From Candidatus Thermosaccharophagus tengchongensis (GTDB lineage Bacteria > Armatimonadota > Fervidibacteria > Fervidibacterales > Thermosaccharophagaceae), in the NCBI GenBank assembly GCA_032161105.1, contig JAVHTD010000009.1: a DNA stretch of 64,000 nt. One strand, written 5' to 3'. Position 1 is the stretch's first letter. Every line of letters begins with the position of its first letter. The position numbers and the translations under genes are program-made. Of this stretch, positions 49,208-59,558 are shown piece by piece. The notes beneath the pieces are model-generated. The model saw only the letters and a list, made by a program, of their open reading frames with translations. It did not search any database and had not been told where the DNA came from.

Positions 49208-51367
49208 TCACTTTGCGATGTTCTCCTCGTGCTGCAGACCCGCATCAATCAAGTCAAGGTAATATTCAGCTGTCTTGCGCAGGCTGCAATATGGATAAGC
49301 CTCAATGAGCTTGAGGAGCTCTTGTTGTGCCCTTTCCTTATCGCCGGGATACGCTTGGTAGTAAAAGTTCAGGGCAAAGTAAAGCCAGACTGATGGTATG
49401 CCATCGTAATCTGGATAGTTGCGCATCAGCTTGAGCGACTCCTCAATGTGCTTTTGCCTGTTGTAGTTCCCGCCCCAGATTGAGTAAAGCTGAGTGAGGT
49501 ATAGCTGCACCGAAACGCATTTATCGCTCTTTGGGTAGCGCTCCAGAAAAAGCCCGTAAGTTTCGGCAGCCTTCTCATACTGCTTCAGCGAGGTGTATAC
49601 TGATGCAATTTGGAGCAAGATATCTTCGCATCTGTCATCATCCGGAAAGAGCTCCATGAACCTGCGCAATGCCTCTATCCTGCGCTCTGTATCTTTAAGC
49701 ACATACCCGTAGATGTATGCAATGCGCTGCATTGAGACAACCGCATAATATGTGTCAGTGAACTCATTCACGACGGCTTCGTATCGCCTTAGCGCTTCCT
49801 CAATGTTTTGGCGCTCCAGTTTGTATGCCTCCGAATACGCCTTTGCAGCCTCTTGCCTGCGCTTTCGCCTTTCAGGGTCTCTGTCAACATAGATTGCTTC
49901 AACTGAGCGCGGAAAGCGCTTGACCAACTCAGAATATGCCTCTTCGGCTTTTGCCGGCTCATTAAGCTGCATCCAGATATCGCCTATGGTTTTCAATACC
50001 GCCGAAAGCCCATCCCAGTCGGGATAAGCCCTGACAATCGCCTCATACTCCCTCAGCGCGGAGTTTGGATCCTTGAGCGCTTGATGATATAGCTGCGCTA
50101 TCTTCAAGTGGACGGATGGGCAGTCATCCCTATCGGGATAGTCATTGATGTATCGCCTATACTCGGCAATCGCCCCGTCGTAGTCTTTCAGCGATGTCGC
50201 CAAGGTATCCGCAATGCGCAGGCGAATACTTGGGCACCTGTCATCATCGGGATAAAGCGAGATGAACTTCCGCCACACTTCAATTGCCTTAGCGGCATCC
50301 TTCAACCTCTCCATGTAAATGTTCCCGAGGTCAAACAGGGCATCTCTGGATGCATGCGCTTTCGGATATTTCCGGACAGCCTCCTCAAGCAACGCTATAG
50401 CTCTCTCAACACTTCCCCTGTTCAGCTCCTTCTGCGCCAACTTGTAAATTGCCGATGCAGCGAGCACCTCAAAATAACTTTTTGCGCGCTGCGTCCTCAT
50501 AGCCTTCAATGCTGCTTCATACAGCCCAACAGCCTTTTGTGTGTCATCAAGCAATTCGGCAAGCAGCGTGTAGTTGTAATGATTTCTCGGTGAGCGCTTT
50601 ATGCCCTCTTCAAGTAGCTGCAAGATGCGCGGGCGAAGCGATTCAAGCGCCCCTTCGTCACCGAATTTGTATTGCCCGGTATAGATGCGTTCAATCTCTT
50701 GATACAGCCTGCACATGTCGCTTGTGAGCGCCGCTTCAGACATGCATGCATCCATGCCGGCTTGCAGTATCTTCAGCGCATCATCATATCGTCTTCGTAT
50801 CATGTAGAGGTGGGCAAGCTCATAGTAGGCTTGCACATTATCAGGGTTGGCATTTATCACCCCCACAAGATATGCCTCACTCTTTGATTCAAGCCTCGCC
50901 TCAACACTTGTAACTTTGCCCTCCTCAACCTTCACCTCCTGCCGCCATGTCACAAAATCCTCTCGCTCCAAATGAAGCGTGTAAATGCCGGGCTCAATGT
51001 CGCGGAGCACAATTGGCGTCTTGCCCCTCAAGACGCCATTCAGGTAAACATTCGCTCCAGAGGGAATGGATGTGACAGAGATTGAGCCGAGCTGGCGCTG
51101 CTGCAAGCTGACTTTGACAAAGACATCCGATTCAAAAACTTCAACTGCGCCAACCCACAACTTATACCCGTGCTTGAGCAGCCTGAGCAAATGCTTGCCG
51201 TATGCCACTCCGTCAACGGTCAGAGGTGTTAACCCGGCATACTTCCCATCAAGGAATGCCATTGCGTTTTGCGGCTCGGAGTTGATGTGCAATTTCCCGA
51301 CTTGCCCACACGCTGAGGCAAACCAAAATGAGGCAAGGAATGTCAAAGCAACTGCCCTGCGGACCAA
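49208..51367 (-). CDS. Secreted protein with two PEGA domains and long TPR array
   Basis: Signal peptide; INSEPQNAMAFLDG..GLTPL and VTSIPSGANVYLNG..GKTP; repeated helical units ending YP(D). Confidence 0.85.
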   Translation of the reverse strand: MVRRAVALTFLASFWFASACGQVGKLHINSEPQNAMAFLDGKYAGLTPLTVDGVAYGKHLLRLLKHGYKLWVGAVEVFESDVFVKVSLQQRQLGSISVTSIPSGANVYLNGVLRGKTPIVLRDIEPGIYTLHLEREDFVTWRQEVKVEEGKVTSVEARLESKSEAYLVGVINANPDNVQAYYELAHLYMIRRRYDDALKILQAGMDACMSEAALTSDMCRLYQEIERIYTGQYKFGDEGALESLRPRILQLLEEGIKRSPRNHYNYTLLAELLDDTQKAVGLYEAALKAMRTQRAKSYFEVLAASAIYKLAQKELNRGSVERAIALLEEAVRKYPKAHASRDALFDLGNIYMERLKDAAKAIEVWRKFISLYPDDDRCPSIRLRIADTLATSLKDYDGAIAEYRRYINDYPDRDDCPSVHLKIAQLYHQALKDPNSALREYEAIVRAYPDWDGLSAVLKTIGDIWMQLNEPAKAEEAYSELVKRFPRSVEAIYVDRDPERRKRRQEAAKAYSEAYKLERQNIEEALRRYEAVVNEFTDTYYAVVSMQRIAYIYGYVLKDTERRIEALRRFMELFPDDDRCEDILLQIASVYTSLKQYEKAAETYGLFLERYPKSDKCVSVQLYLTQLYSIWGGNYNRQKHIEESLKLMRNYPDYDGIPSVWLYFALNFYYQAYPGDKERAQQELLKLIEAYPYCSLRKTAEYYLDLIDAGLQHEENIAK

Positions 51368-51411
51368 ATTGGCTCACCCTCCCCGAAGAGGCAATCAGGC
51401 ATTGTGGATTT

Positions 51412-54264
51412 TTATTTGGCACGCCCAACGCTGCTCGCCTTTGCGCTCACGGCAGTTTCAGCATCGTAAAATGTTCGCCTAACCGGTGCAACGATTGGGT
51501 GCGCCTCCTCCTTGCCGAGTATGCGCTCAGCACAAACCGTAAAGCGGGCCACCATGATCCCGTTATCCCTCGTCCAGATTGCGATGTGCTTGCCATCAAT
51601 TGGCTGCGGGTCGTTGTATTCAAGGAGCAGCTTATCATCAACGAAGTAGCGCAACACACCGCCATGCTTCTCCACCCTGATGAGGAACCACTTGCGATGG
51701 ATATCCTCGCCAAACGGCTTATGCTCAACCTGCGCCACAACCTTTTCCTTGCGGACAATTGCCGACCTTGTCCCGCGCCATCCACCGAGCACAAATGTAT
51801 AGCCGCTGGTCAAGTCACTGCCATCGGCACATATCGTGACATTCAAGTCCTGAGCGTAAGAGGCATAACTGCCGCGCTCACGAGCCATCTTGACAGCTAC
51901 GGCAAACTCAACTGCCATATCACCATCGCAGAGATACTTGCTCCATACTACTGCGAGGTTTGAACCGAGTGACTTGCGCATGGCTTTTGCGCGCTCAATT
52001 TCATCGCGGCTATCCGACATCGCAGTGACCATGTTCCAAGAGATGCCGGAAAAGAATGACCACCTCGGATCGCATTGCCATCTTTGGCTCACTTCCCAGA
52101 GCCCATTTGATGAACGCCAATTTGTTGGAGCACTGCGAAACATGTCGGTGATGCTGTTGGCGGCAAACAGCTCAACATCCTCACGCTGCACTGCATTCCC
52201 TGAGAACACAACGCCGAATTTGCTCCCACGCAACGGCTCCTTATCCTCGTAAGCGAGCAGTGGCTTTCCATCCAAATACGCTATGATGAATTTCCCAACC
52301 CGTCTCACCCTCAGGTAAGTTGGTGACGGCGTGTTCTCCAACTTGAGCTCTTTCACGAGTTCGCCATTGCGGAGCAGAGCAATGCGATCACTTGCAAAAT
52401 GCAACCTATAGCCCGAATTGACATCCTGCTGTGATGCGGAGAGCACGAATGCGACTTCGCCATCGCTCAGATTAAGCCTTGAGCGCACCTCTAAGTCGCC
52501 CCAAAATCCAGCCCTGTGCCAAAGCGCCCTCATTCCACGCCCGCCTAATTGAGCATTACCTTCAACCCAATCACTCTGTGCTGCAGCCCAGTTGCCCATG
52601 CTATACTCATGCGCAAACACCTCATGCACTGTGCTGAATTGCTCAAACTGCCTTCCGCCAAGACGAATGCGCAAGCCGTGAAAGCGCGCCTTGCATGAGT
52701 CCGCATATAACCCGATCATGCCGGATGTGATGGACGGATCAAAGGCTTGAATGAGCTGTTCACCGTTGACGGAGACAGTTAGCAGACCGTCATCGGATGA
52801 GGCGGATAGCCTGAATGGCTTTGTAACATCCAACTTGATCGGCACGCTGGCGAGCGGTTTCTCCTCACCGGAATGGCGGCTGACCAATTCAACGACTGTT
52901 TTATCGCCGAACACAACACGAGCCAAATGATGCGTCTGCTCATCATTGTAGTTGAGGCACAATCCAACAGAGGCACTGCCAGCTACGCCGCCATCAAGTG
53001 AGATGTATGCATCCACGGAGCAATTTGATACGCTATCCCCAATAAGCGCCTTTGCATCGGATGCCGTTTCAACCCTGCACACCCTCCCGATGCCCTTTAC
53101 GCTTACAAAGCTCCAACTTCCCTTCAAACAGCGCACGATGCCATCAAAGCTCCCGTCCTGAAAGTCAATGGCAAACTCGCTTGCATCTCTCACTTGCACA
53201 TCATCAAAGTAAGCTCCGACTGCACTCGTGGTGTATAGACCGACCATGCCGCGATACAAACTCCCATCCCTCACCTCGCACACCTTATGCCCATCAATGT
53301 AAACCCTGATTGAATTGAGCGACGCTTCAATGCGCACTTCATACCATTGCCCGGGAATAAAGCCGCCCTGAGCGTCAAACAAGGTGGTCAACTTGCCCAT
53401 GTGCCGTTTGAGCAATTGTCTTCTGCCCACAGACTTGCCATCGCTCCCAGTCCACCTGAAGAGGTAGTAGTTTTGGGGGTCAGTCCAGCATGCGATGAGC
53501 CCAATGGAACTCGCATCCATGCACCTTACGGATGCTTGAATTGAGTAGTCGCTCCAGAACTCATATCCGGTAACCGATATTGCCGCGCCGCCTTTGCTCC
53601 TCGCAAAGTATGTAAAAGCATTTGCGCTGCGCAGAGGATTGTTTGATGCCCTCACTTTCCAATCGCCGGAGATGACATGCCAATCACTCCCCTCGTTTTC
53701 CAAGCGCATGAAATCGTCCGAAAAGTAAACCTCACCAGCTGGCTGAAGTGAAACGGCAGTAACAGCCGCAGCCTTATCGTGGACGAGGTAACCAACATGA
53801 CCGGCATGCATTCCGATGGCAAATTGCGAGAGCACAATTTTGCGCACACCGTTAACAAACACTTCCATCCACATGCGCCTTTGCCTGATCATAATGCCGA
53901 TTGGCTTTCCCTTTGCTATTGTGGGCATGCTCGCGGATGCAAGCTCAACTTCAAGTCCCTCTTCAACCTTGCCCACATGTATGGATGAAGCACCCACCTT
54001 CACGAACGCATAGTTTCTCTCATCCTGATAGTTGGTGAGGACTTTGACAAGCTCGTTTGATGGTGACGCCACTTGCAACCTCATAGTGAGATCAAACTCG
54101 CTTATCGGCTGATCGCTCAAGAAGCGGCATGAGTTCACATCCAACTTTTGCTCACTCAACGGTGGGAATAAAGCCTCACCACAAACAGCATGCGCTATAA
54201 ACCAACAGGACAGCGCAAGCGAGGTTAAAGTGGCTTTAAGCATCCGTCGCATGGCACTCCTCAC
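51412..54264 (-). CDS. Large secreted protein with about 5 concanavalin-A-like (DUF1080-type) beta-sandwich repeats
   Basis: Signal peptide; repeated V/Y-x-DG/NG ... D ... G-x-V/I-G-L units (IRVYIDG...RGMVGLY; VSVNG...SGMIGLY). Confidence 0.65.
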   Translation of the reverse strand: MRSAMRRMLKATLTSLALSCWFIAHAVCGEALFPPLSEQKLDVNSCRFLSDQPISEFDLTMRLQVASPSNELVKVLTNYQDERNYAFVKVGASSIHVGKVEEGLEVELASASMPTIAKGKPIGIMIRQRRMWMEVFVNGVRKIVLSQFAIGMHAGHVGYLVHDKAAAVTAVSLQPAGEVYFSDDFMRLENEGSDWHVISGDWKVRASNNPLRSANAFTYFARSKGGAAISVTGYEFWSDYSIQASVRCMDASSIGLIACWTDPQNYYLFRWTGSDGKSVGRRQLLKRHMGKLTTLFDAQGGFIPGQWYEVRIEASLNSIRVYIDGHKVCEVRDGSLYRGMVGLYTTSAVGAYFDDVQVRDASEFAIDFQDGSFDGIVRCLKGSWSFVSVKGIGRVCRVETASDAKALIGDSVSNCSVDAYISLDGGVAGSASVGLCLNYNDEQTHHLARVVFGDKTVVELVSRHSGEEKPLASVPIKLDVTKPFRLSASSDDGLLTVSVNGEQLIQAFDPSITSGMIGLYADSCKARFHGLRIRLGGRQFEQFSTVHEVFAHEYSMGNWAAAQSDWVEGNAQLGGRGMRALWHRAGFWGDLEVRSRLNLSDGEVAFVLSASQQDVNSGYRLHFASDRIALLRNGELVKELKLENTPSPTYLRVRRVGKFIIAYLDGKPLLAYEDKEPLRGSKFGVVFSGNAVQREDVELFAANSITDMFRSAPTNWRSSNGLWEVSQRWQCDPRWSFFSGISWNMVTAMSDSRDEIERAKAMRKSLGSNLAVVWSKYLCDGDMAVEFAVAVKMARERGSYASYAQDLNVTICADGSDLTSGYTFVLGGWRGTRSAIVRKEKVVAQVEHKPFGEDIHRKWFLIRVEKHGGVLRYFVDDKLLLEYNDPQPIDGKHIAIWTRDNGIMVARFTVCAERILGKEEAHPIVAPVRRTFYDAETAVSAKASSVGRAK

Positions 54265-54615
54265 CTGCCAATCGCAAGCCGCCGTTCAATGGCAAACGAT
54301 TCCACAGGCAGCTCAACAGTTGCCTTTCGTTCATCGCATGACTCCCGCTCAAGTTGAGAGCAACAGTGTCGGCTCACAAGCATTTGGGAGCAGTGACAAA
54401 GTTGGCGTTGAAGCAACACAATCGCAAGCCACCACTCATCATTTTATGGCGCGATGCTCAGCCATCACCACCAAAGCGTCGTTAAGTTAGATGGAATGCA
54501 CAAAAGGGCGGTTGCCACTATTGAGCCACTCACAGCAATGTTGGCGATGCTCATGCCATCTTCAGTGCGAGCTTTCAAGACGGCATCAGTGGGGTCACGA
54601 GCCATTTAGTCAAAC

Positions 54616-56376
54616 TTAGTTGTGTTCCACCCACTCACGCCATCGGTTGGTGATGGGTAACCTGCGGTCTTTGCCGAAGGCGCGGTGGGTTATTTTCGGT
54701 CCGGGGGCAAATTGGCGGCGCTTGTATTCGCTGCTGTCAACCATCCATGCGACTTTTCGCACCGTCGTTTCATCATATCCCATTGCAACGATGTTGTGAA
54801 CGCTTCGGTCTTCCTCAACATAAGCCTGCAAGATCGCATCAAGCAGCGGATACGGCGGCAATTTCTCCTGGTCAACTTGTCCTGGTCTGAGTTCAGCGCT
54901 TGGCGGCTTTTCAAAAACACGCTGCGGGATGATTTCACGCCCCGCCTTCTCATTCACATACCTCGCCAACTCATAAACGAGCGTTTTGTAGACATCTTTG
55001 AGCACTGCAAAGCCACCAACGGTATCGCCATAAAGGGTGCAATAACCTGTGCTGCCCTCGCTTTTATTTCCCGTCGCTAAAACGAGCCAACCGAACTTGT
55101 TTGACAGCGCCATCAAAATCGTCCCGCGAATGCGAGCCTGCAAATTCTCCTCGGTGACATCTTGGGGCATGCCGCGAAAGACATCGCTCAAGGCTTTCAG
55201 GAACGCTTCAAAGACGCCAGTGATGGGGATGACGAGAAAACGGATGCCAAGATTGCGTGCCAATGCTTCGGCGTCTTCAAGGCTGTGTTGCGACGAATAG
55301 GGTCCGGGCATCGCCACGCCAGTGACATGTTCATGTCCCAGCGCATCGGCAGCAATGCAGCAGGTTAGCGAACTGTCAATACCACCGCTCAACCCGACGA
55401 CTGCGTCAGTCATACCGTTTTTGTGCAAATAGTCACGCGTCGCTAAAACCAATGCCCAGTAGACTTCAGCGACTCTCGGCAGCGGAGTTTCAATTCGTTG
55501 CTCAATTGCGGGTTTCGGCTGTGCTTGCTCAAAAGGCAATTCCACGACTTTCACTCTGTCCAGTCCCCAATCCGTAGTGCCCAACGCCACCTTATCCTGC
55601 CGCCTTCTCGCGTCGTGAAGTCTTGCCCTCGTGATGCCAATCAAGTCAATGTCGGCGACGAGGAAATCTTCTTCAAACTGTTTGGCTCGGGCGATAATTT
55701 CCCCTTGTTCGTTCACGACCAAACTTGCCCCATCAAAAACGAGTTCATCTTGCCCACCGACCAAATTGACATAAGCGATTGCAGCCAAGTTATCGTTTGC
55801 TCTGACGGCGAGCATACGCTCTCGCCAAGCCAACTTGCCCATGTGGTATGGCGATGACGAAATGTTGAGCAAAATTTGAGCATCACCAAGCAGCGCTTCA
55901 GCACGGGCTGGACCGCTGGGATACCAAATGTCCTCACAAATGGTTATGCCAATGTGGACGCCGTTTAGCGCCAAAACGAGCGCTTCGTTGCCTTGCTGGA
56001 AGTAGCGGAATTCATCAAAAACGCCGTAGTTGGGCAAGTAATGTTTGCGATAGACAGCGACCACTTTGCCGTCGTGCAAAATAGCCGCAGCGTTGAAAAT
56101 GTCACCGTCTTCATCAACGAAACCGACGACGGCTATAAGGGATTTGGGGACAAGTTTTGAAAGCTCCAAAACGGCATCCTTGTTTCGCTGAACAAAATGC
56201 GGCTTGAAAAGCAAATCCTCTGGTGGGTAGCCCGTCACCACAAGTTCGGGAAACGCCACAATGTCAGCCCTCGCATCCATTGCCCGTTTAATCCCTTCGG
56301 CAACTTTGTGAATGTTTCCCTCAATGTCGCCAACCGCCGCGTTGATCTGCGCAAGCGCAACCCTTAAAGCTTGCAC
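54616..56376 (-). CDS. nadE: Glutamine-dependent NAD+ synthetase
   Basis: Nitrilase domain FPEL, KHYLPNYGVFDE, ICEDIW; synthetase GLSGGIDSS, ENLQARIRG, TGNKSE, PPSAELRP, EYKRRQ. Confidence 0.96.
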   Translation of the reverse strand: MQALRVALAQINAAVGDIEGNIHKVAEGIKRAMDARADIVAFPELVVTGYPPEDLLFKPHFVQRNKDAVLELSKLVPKSLIAVVGFVDEDGDIFNAAAILHDGKVVAVYRKHYLPNYGVFDEFRYFQQGNEALVLALNGVHIGITICEDIWYPSGPARAEALLGDAQILLNISSSPYHMGKLAWRERMLAVRANDNLAAIAYVNLVGGQDELVFDGASLVVNEQGEIIARAKQFEEDFLVADIDLIGITRARLHDARRRQDKVALGTTDWGLDRVKVVELPFEQAQPKPAIEQRIETPLPRVAEVYWALVLATRDYLHKNGMTDAVVGLSGGIDSSLTCCIAADALGHEHVTGVAMPGPYSSQHSLEDAEALARNLGIRFLVIPITGVFEAFLKALSDVFRGMPQDVTEENLQARIRGTILMALSNKFGWLVLATGNKSEGSTGYCTLYGDTVGGFAVLKDVYKTLVYELARYVNEKAGREIIPQRVFEKPPSAELRPGQVDQEKLPPYPLLDAILQAYVEEDRSVHNIVAMGYDETTVRKVAWMVDSSEYKRRQFAPGPKITHRAFGKDRRLPITNRWREWVEHN

Positions 56377-56569
56377 CGCTACCGCCTCCGATGACGAAGG
56401 TCTGCCTTACACTCCACTGTAAAGTTTAACGACCAATACCCCTTGTGTCCCTTGCGGCAAATATCTTACCATTGCCCCGACAGCGATGACCTTTTGAGTT
56501 TTCGGATGCCAACCAGGGGTGACATTGGCATGGAAATTTCTCAGTTTGAAGCCACTTCCACGGCGCATC

Positions 56570-59506
56570 TCACTTTGCCAACTTTGCAATCTCGTCATCG
56601 CTTAAGGCACGATGCCAGATGCTAACTTCATCAATGGCACCGATGAAGAAGCCGGGCATCTCACCGCTTGGCGGTTCACCACCCCATGCATCGCGCCCAA
56701 AAGCCAATGGCTCGTTGTTGCCACACAGTGGGCGCACAATGCTATGTTTTTGCACCATCTGACCGTTCACATACAGGCGAACATGTGGATATTCAATGAC
56801 AACGGCAATGTGTTGCCACTCGTTTGATTTGAGCACAGGTGGCGATGCGCAATTGTAACTCCACTGCCCACTATCATCCATCGCATCAAAAGTCAATTGA
56901 CCGTCACGGATGCAAATGACAAATGGCGAACCGACATTGCCGATGCGCTTCGCAACGATGCCACGACGCCCTTTAATGCTCTCTGGCTTAATCCAAGCGG
57001 TGATAGTGAACGAGGACAAGTTGAGCGCATAGCGTGCGTCATCTGTGTCCACGATAGCGAATGTTTTGCCATCCAACATTAATCCCTTGCCGCGCTTTCC
57101 ATCAACGAGTTGCCAGTTGCCCTGCAACGATGCGGTGAAGTTTGCATCGGCGATTGGTGAACGGGCAAGGATGAGTTTTCTGGTTGTATCCACTTCATCA
57201 AATGACCAATGAACCAGTGATTGTGCGGTTGGCAGTTGGGAAAGGCGAGCCTGCCACTGTTGGCGCAGAAGCGCAAGACTGTAAACCTCCCTTCGGACAT
57301 CTGTGAAGCGATTTTGACCCAAAATAACATTGACGCAACCGTCGTCAATATGAATGCCCGTTTTCGTGCGCTCAATCGTGTTGCCTTCAATGAGCACATT
57401 CTCCACTGCCTCTTTGCCAACCACGCGGATTGAAGCATTGTTGTGCAAGTGATTGTCCCGCACAACGCAACCGAAGTTGATGCTTTGTGGGTGCGCCATA
57501 ACCGTTATTTCTGAAGGACCAGATGTCACTGCATTGTTTGGACCAAAGTGATACGAGTTGCCCTCAACAATTTCATTGCCGAGAAGCTGGACATAAAAGT
57601 TTGGTTGCACGCCACCTGCATACAAATGCCCGAATGACCAAAATCCGCCAGAACGCCAAACTCGGTTGCCAGCGACGACATGCTCAATTCCAGTCCCATA
57701 AAACTGGATGGCAACACCTGCATCACGAAATTCGTTGCCATAAAAGATGTAGCGATGATGCAACATTGTGATGGTGATGCGAGAGGTTCCGTCAGGTGGC
57801 ACATCAAACGGTCGGTCAACTCTCACACGCTTTCCATCCCACTCTTTTACCGTTCGCCATTGCCCTCTACCACGACCACGATAAATTGCCACCAATGCGC
57901 CACGCCAATCGCGGTTGCCCCATTTCGGCTCGTCTGCCAAGAGCAGCTCATTGCCATGACATTCGGCAACCGCGCCAAAGTATGCTCCACCACCTGCATC
58001 TGAAGTGAAAGCTTCCCTGTCCCAACCGTGCATGTTCTCGTAAGCATTTTGAGCCGTGTAAATGTTGCGTGAGACTGCGCCACCGTAGTAGCAGGCATAA
58101 CTACCGCCAGTTGACATTAAGTCCGCACCAACAATCCTATTGCGTTCCATTACCACATTCTCGCAGCAGTTTAGGTTATACCAACCCCAACGACCGTTAT
58201 AAAGCGTGCAATTGCTGATGACGACTCCAATGGCACGGTGCAGGAATAACGAGCGTCCAGAGCCGTAAAGGTCACAATCAATGATGCGAATGTCAGGTCC
58301 ACTAAGGCGAACTGTATCGCCGCCACCAGTTGACCATTTCAACGACGCTCGGAAACGAGCATCAACTTCCTCAGGCTTTAAGTGCCCACGGTAAGCATTG
58401 GCACGAATGCGCACACGAATCAGGCGAATATGCCCAGAGCGCTTCGGATCGCCACTCATGTCAGAAGCGATAACATGCCTATGGTTGCCACAAAAGATGG
58501 TCAAATCCTCAATGGAGAAGTTATGCAGCCCCATAATCCAAGCTTCCGGCGGCTCATCAGGGTTGGGCAAGAAGCAAAGCGCAGTCAACTCACGACCTTC
58601 GCCGCGCAAAACGATGTTTGGCTGGATAGAAAGTGGCTCGGAAAGAAGGTAGCGACCGCGAGGAAAGAAAACGATTGCACCGCCCTTTTGCTCAGCTTCT
58701 TTGAGAGCTGATTTGATGGCAGCGGTGTCATCGGATGAATCATCACCATCAGCCCCAAATTTGGTGACATTGAGAATTGGCATCACCTTATTAGTGCGTG
58801 GGATGATAGCAAGGGGTAACGGATTACTCCATCCACCCTGACCACCATAGCCGTTGTGGACACGGACTTGATAACGACCAGTGAGCAAGTTTGGGGGTAT
58901 TATGACCGAAATTGACCAAGGGTTGGCGTCTTTAGGGCTCAAATAAACCGCCCTGCCATCCGAAGATTGGAGACAAACCATTGGCTTTCTGTCGCCAATT
59001 TGCAAGCATCGCCCGAAAACGCGCAATGTCCCGCTGGGGTAAGCCGCTGCATTATTAAATTGCCATTCCCCAGATGGCATTTCATCTGTTACGATATCGC
59101 CCAATGCCCACCAAAGTTCTGGCAAGTTGATGCGAAAAGATGCCATAACTTTACCGCCGCTACGCAGTGCAACGCCATAAACGCCATTGCCGCCCAAATC
59201 TGGCAGCGAAAATGCGAGGGCGGTTTCCGTCACCAAGAGCAATTTGACGGTTTGCCCCTTTGCTTCAGGGAGGCTCCATTCAACTTTCGGCAAAGGCTCA
59301 GGCTTACCATCTGGAAGGCGAAAGACAACGACTTCAAATTGATGTGGCTTGGGAAAGTGCCCACAAACCATCACAGTTTGTTTCGGCTTGACTGGCTCAG
59401 AAAACCAGAAAATATGGGCTTGGTTTTGTGAATCCATCGCCATGCCGAAGTTTTGCCACACACTCAATATCATGCCCAAGGCAAGATGCACAATTGAGCA
59501 CATCAT
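56570..59506 (-). CDS. Secreted right-handed beta-helix (pectate-lyase-3-like) protein with C-terminal LamG domain
   Basis: NVTKFGADGDDSSDDTAAIKSA..VFFPRGRY; parallel beta-helix repeats; SFTITAWIKP, WQHIAV, LYVNG, GAIDEVSIW..ALS. Confidence 0.85.
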   Translation of the reverse strand: MMCSIVHLALGMILSVWQNFGMAMDSQNQAHIFWFSEPVKPKQTVMVCGHFPKPHQFEVVVFRLPDGKPEPLPKVEWSLPEAKGQTVKLLLVTETALAFSLPDLGGNGVYGVALRSGGKVMASFRINLPELWWALGDIVTDEMPSGEWQFNNAAAYPSGTLRVFGRCLQIGDRKPMVCLQSSDGRAVYLSPKDANPWSISVIIPPNLLTGRYQVRVHNGYGGQGGWSNPLPLAIIPRTNKVMPILNVTKFGADGDDSSDDTAAIKSALKEAEQKGGAIVFFPRGRYLLSEPLSIQPNIVLRGEGRELTALCFLPNPDEPPEAWIMGLHNFSIEDLTIFCGNHRHVIASDMSGDPKRSGHIRLIRVRIRANAYRGHLKPEEVDARFRASLKWSTGGGDTVRLSGPDIRIIDCDLYGSGRSLFLHRAIGVVISNCTLYNGRWGWYNLNCCENVVMERNRIVGADLMSTGGSYACYYGGAVSRNIYTAQNAYENMHGWDREAFTSDAGGGAYFGAVAECHGNELLLADEPKWGNRDWRGALVAIYRGRGRGQWRTVKEWDGKRVRVDRPFDVPPDGTSRITITMLHHRYIFYGNEFRDAGVAIQFYGTGIEHVVAGNRVWRSGGFWSFGHLYAGGVQPNFYVQLLGNEIVEGNSYHFGPNNAVTSGPSEITVMAHPQSINFGCVVRDNHLHNNASIRVVGKEAVENVLIEGNTIERTKTGIHIDDGCVNVILGQNRFTDVRREVYSLALLRQQWQARLSQLPTAQSLVHWSFDEVDTTRKLILARSPIADANFTASLQGNWQLVDGKRGKGLMLDGKTFAIVDTDDARYALNLSSFTITAWIKPESIKGRRGIVAKRIGNVGSPFVICIRDGQLTFDAMDDSGQWSYNCASPPVLKSNEWQHIAVVIEYPHVRLYVNGQMVQKHSIVRPLCGNNEPLAFGRDAWGGEPPSGEMPGFFIGAIDEVSIWHRALSDDEIAKLAK

Positions 59507-59558
59507 ATCACTCACCCCTCTTTCCGAAGCGGCGTTAGCCATCAACTTAATTGCCACA

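Noticed and set aside
49208..50900. Periodic sequence suggesting a DNA repeat array or CRISPR
   Set aside because: Periodicity is at protein level (TPR units); no identical nucleotide repeats with spacers
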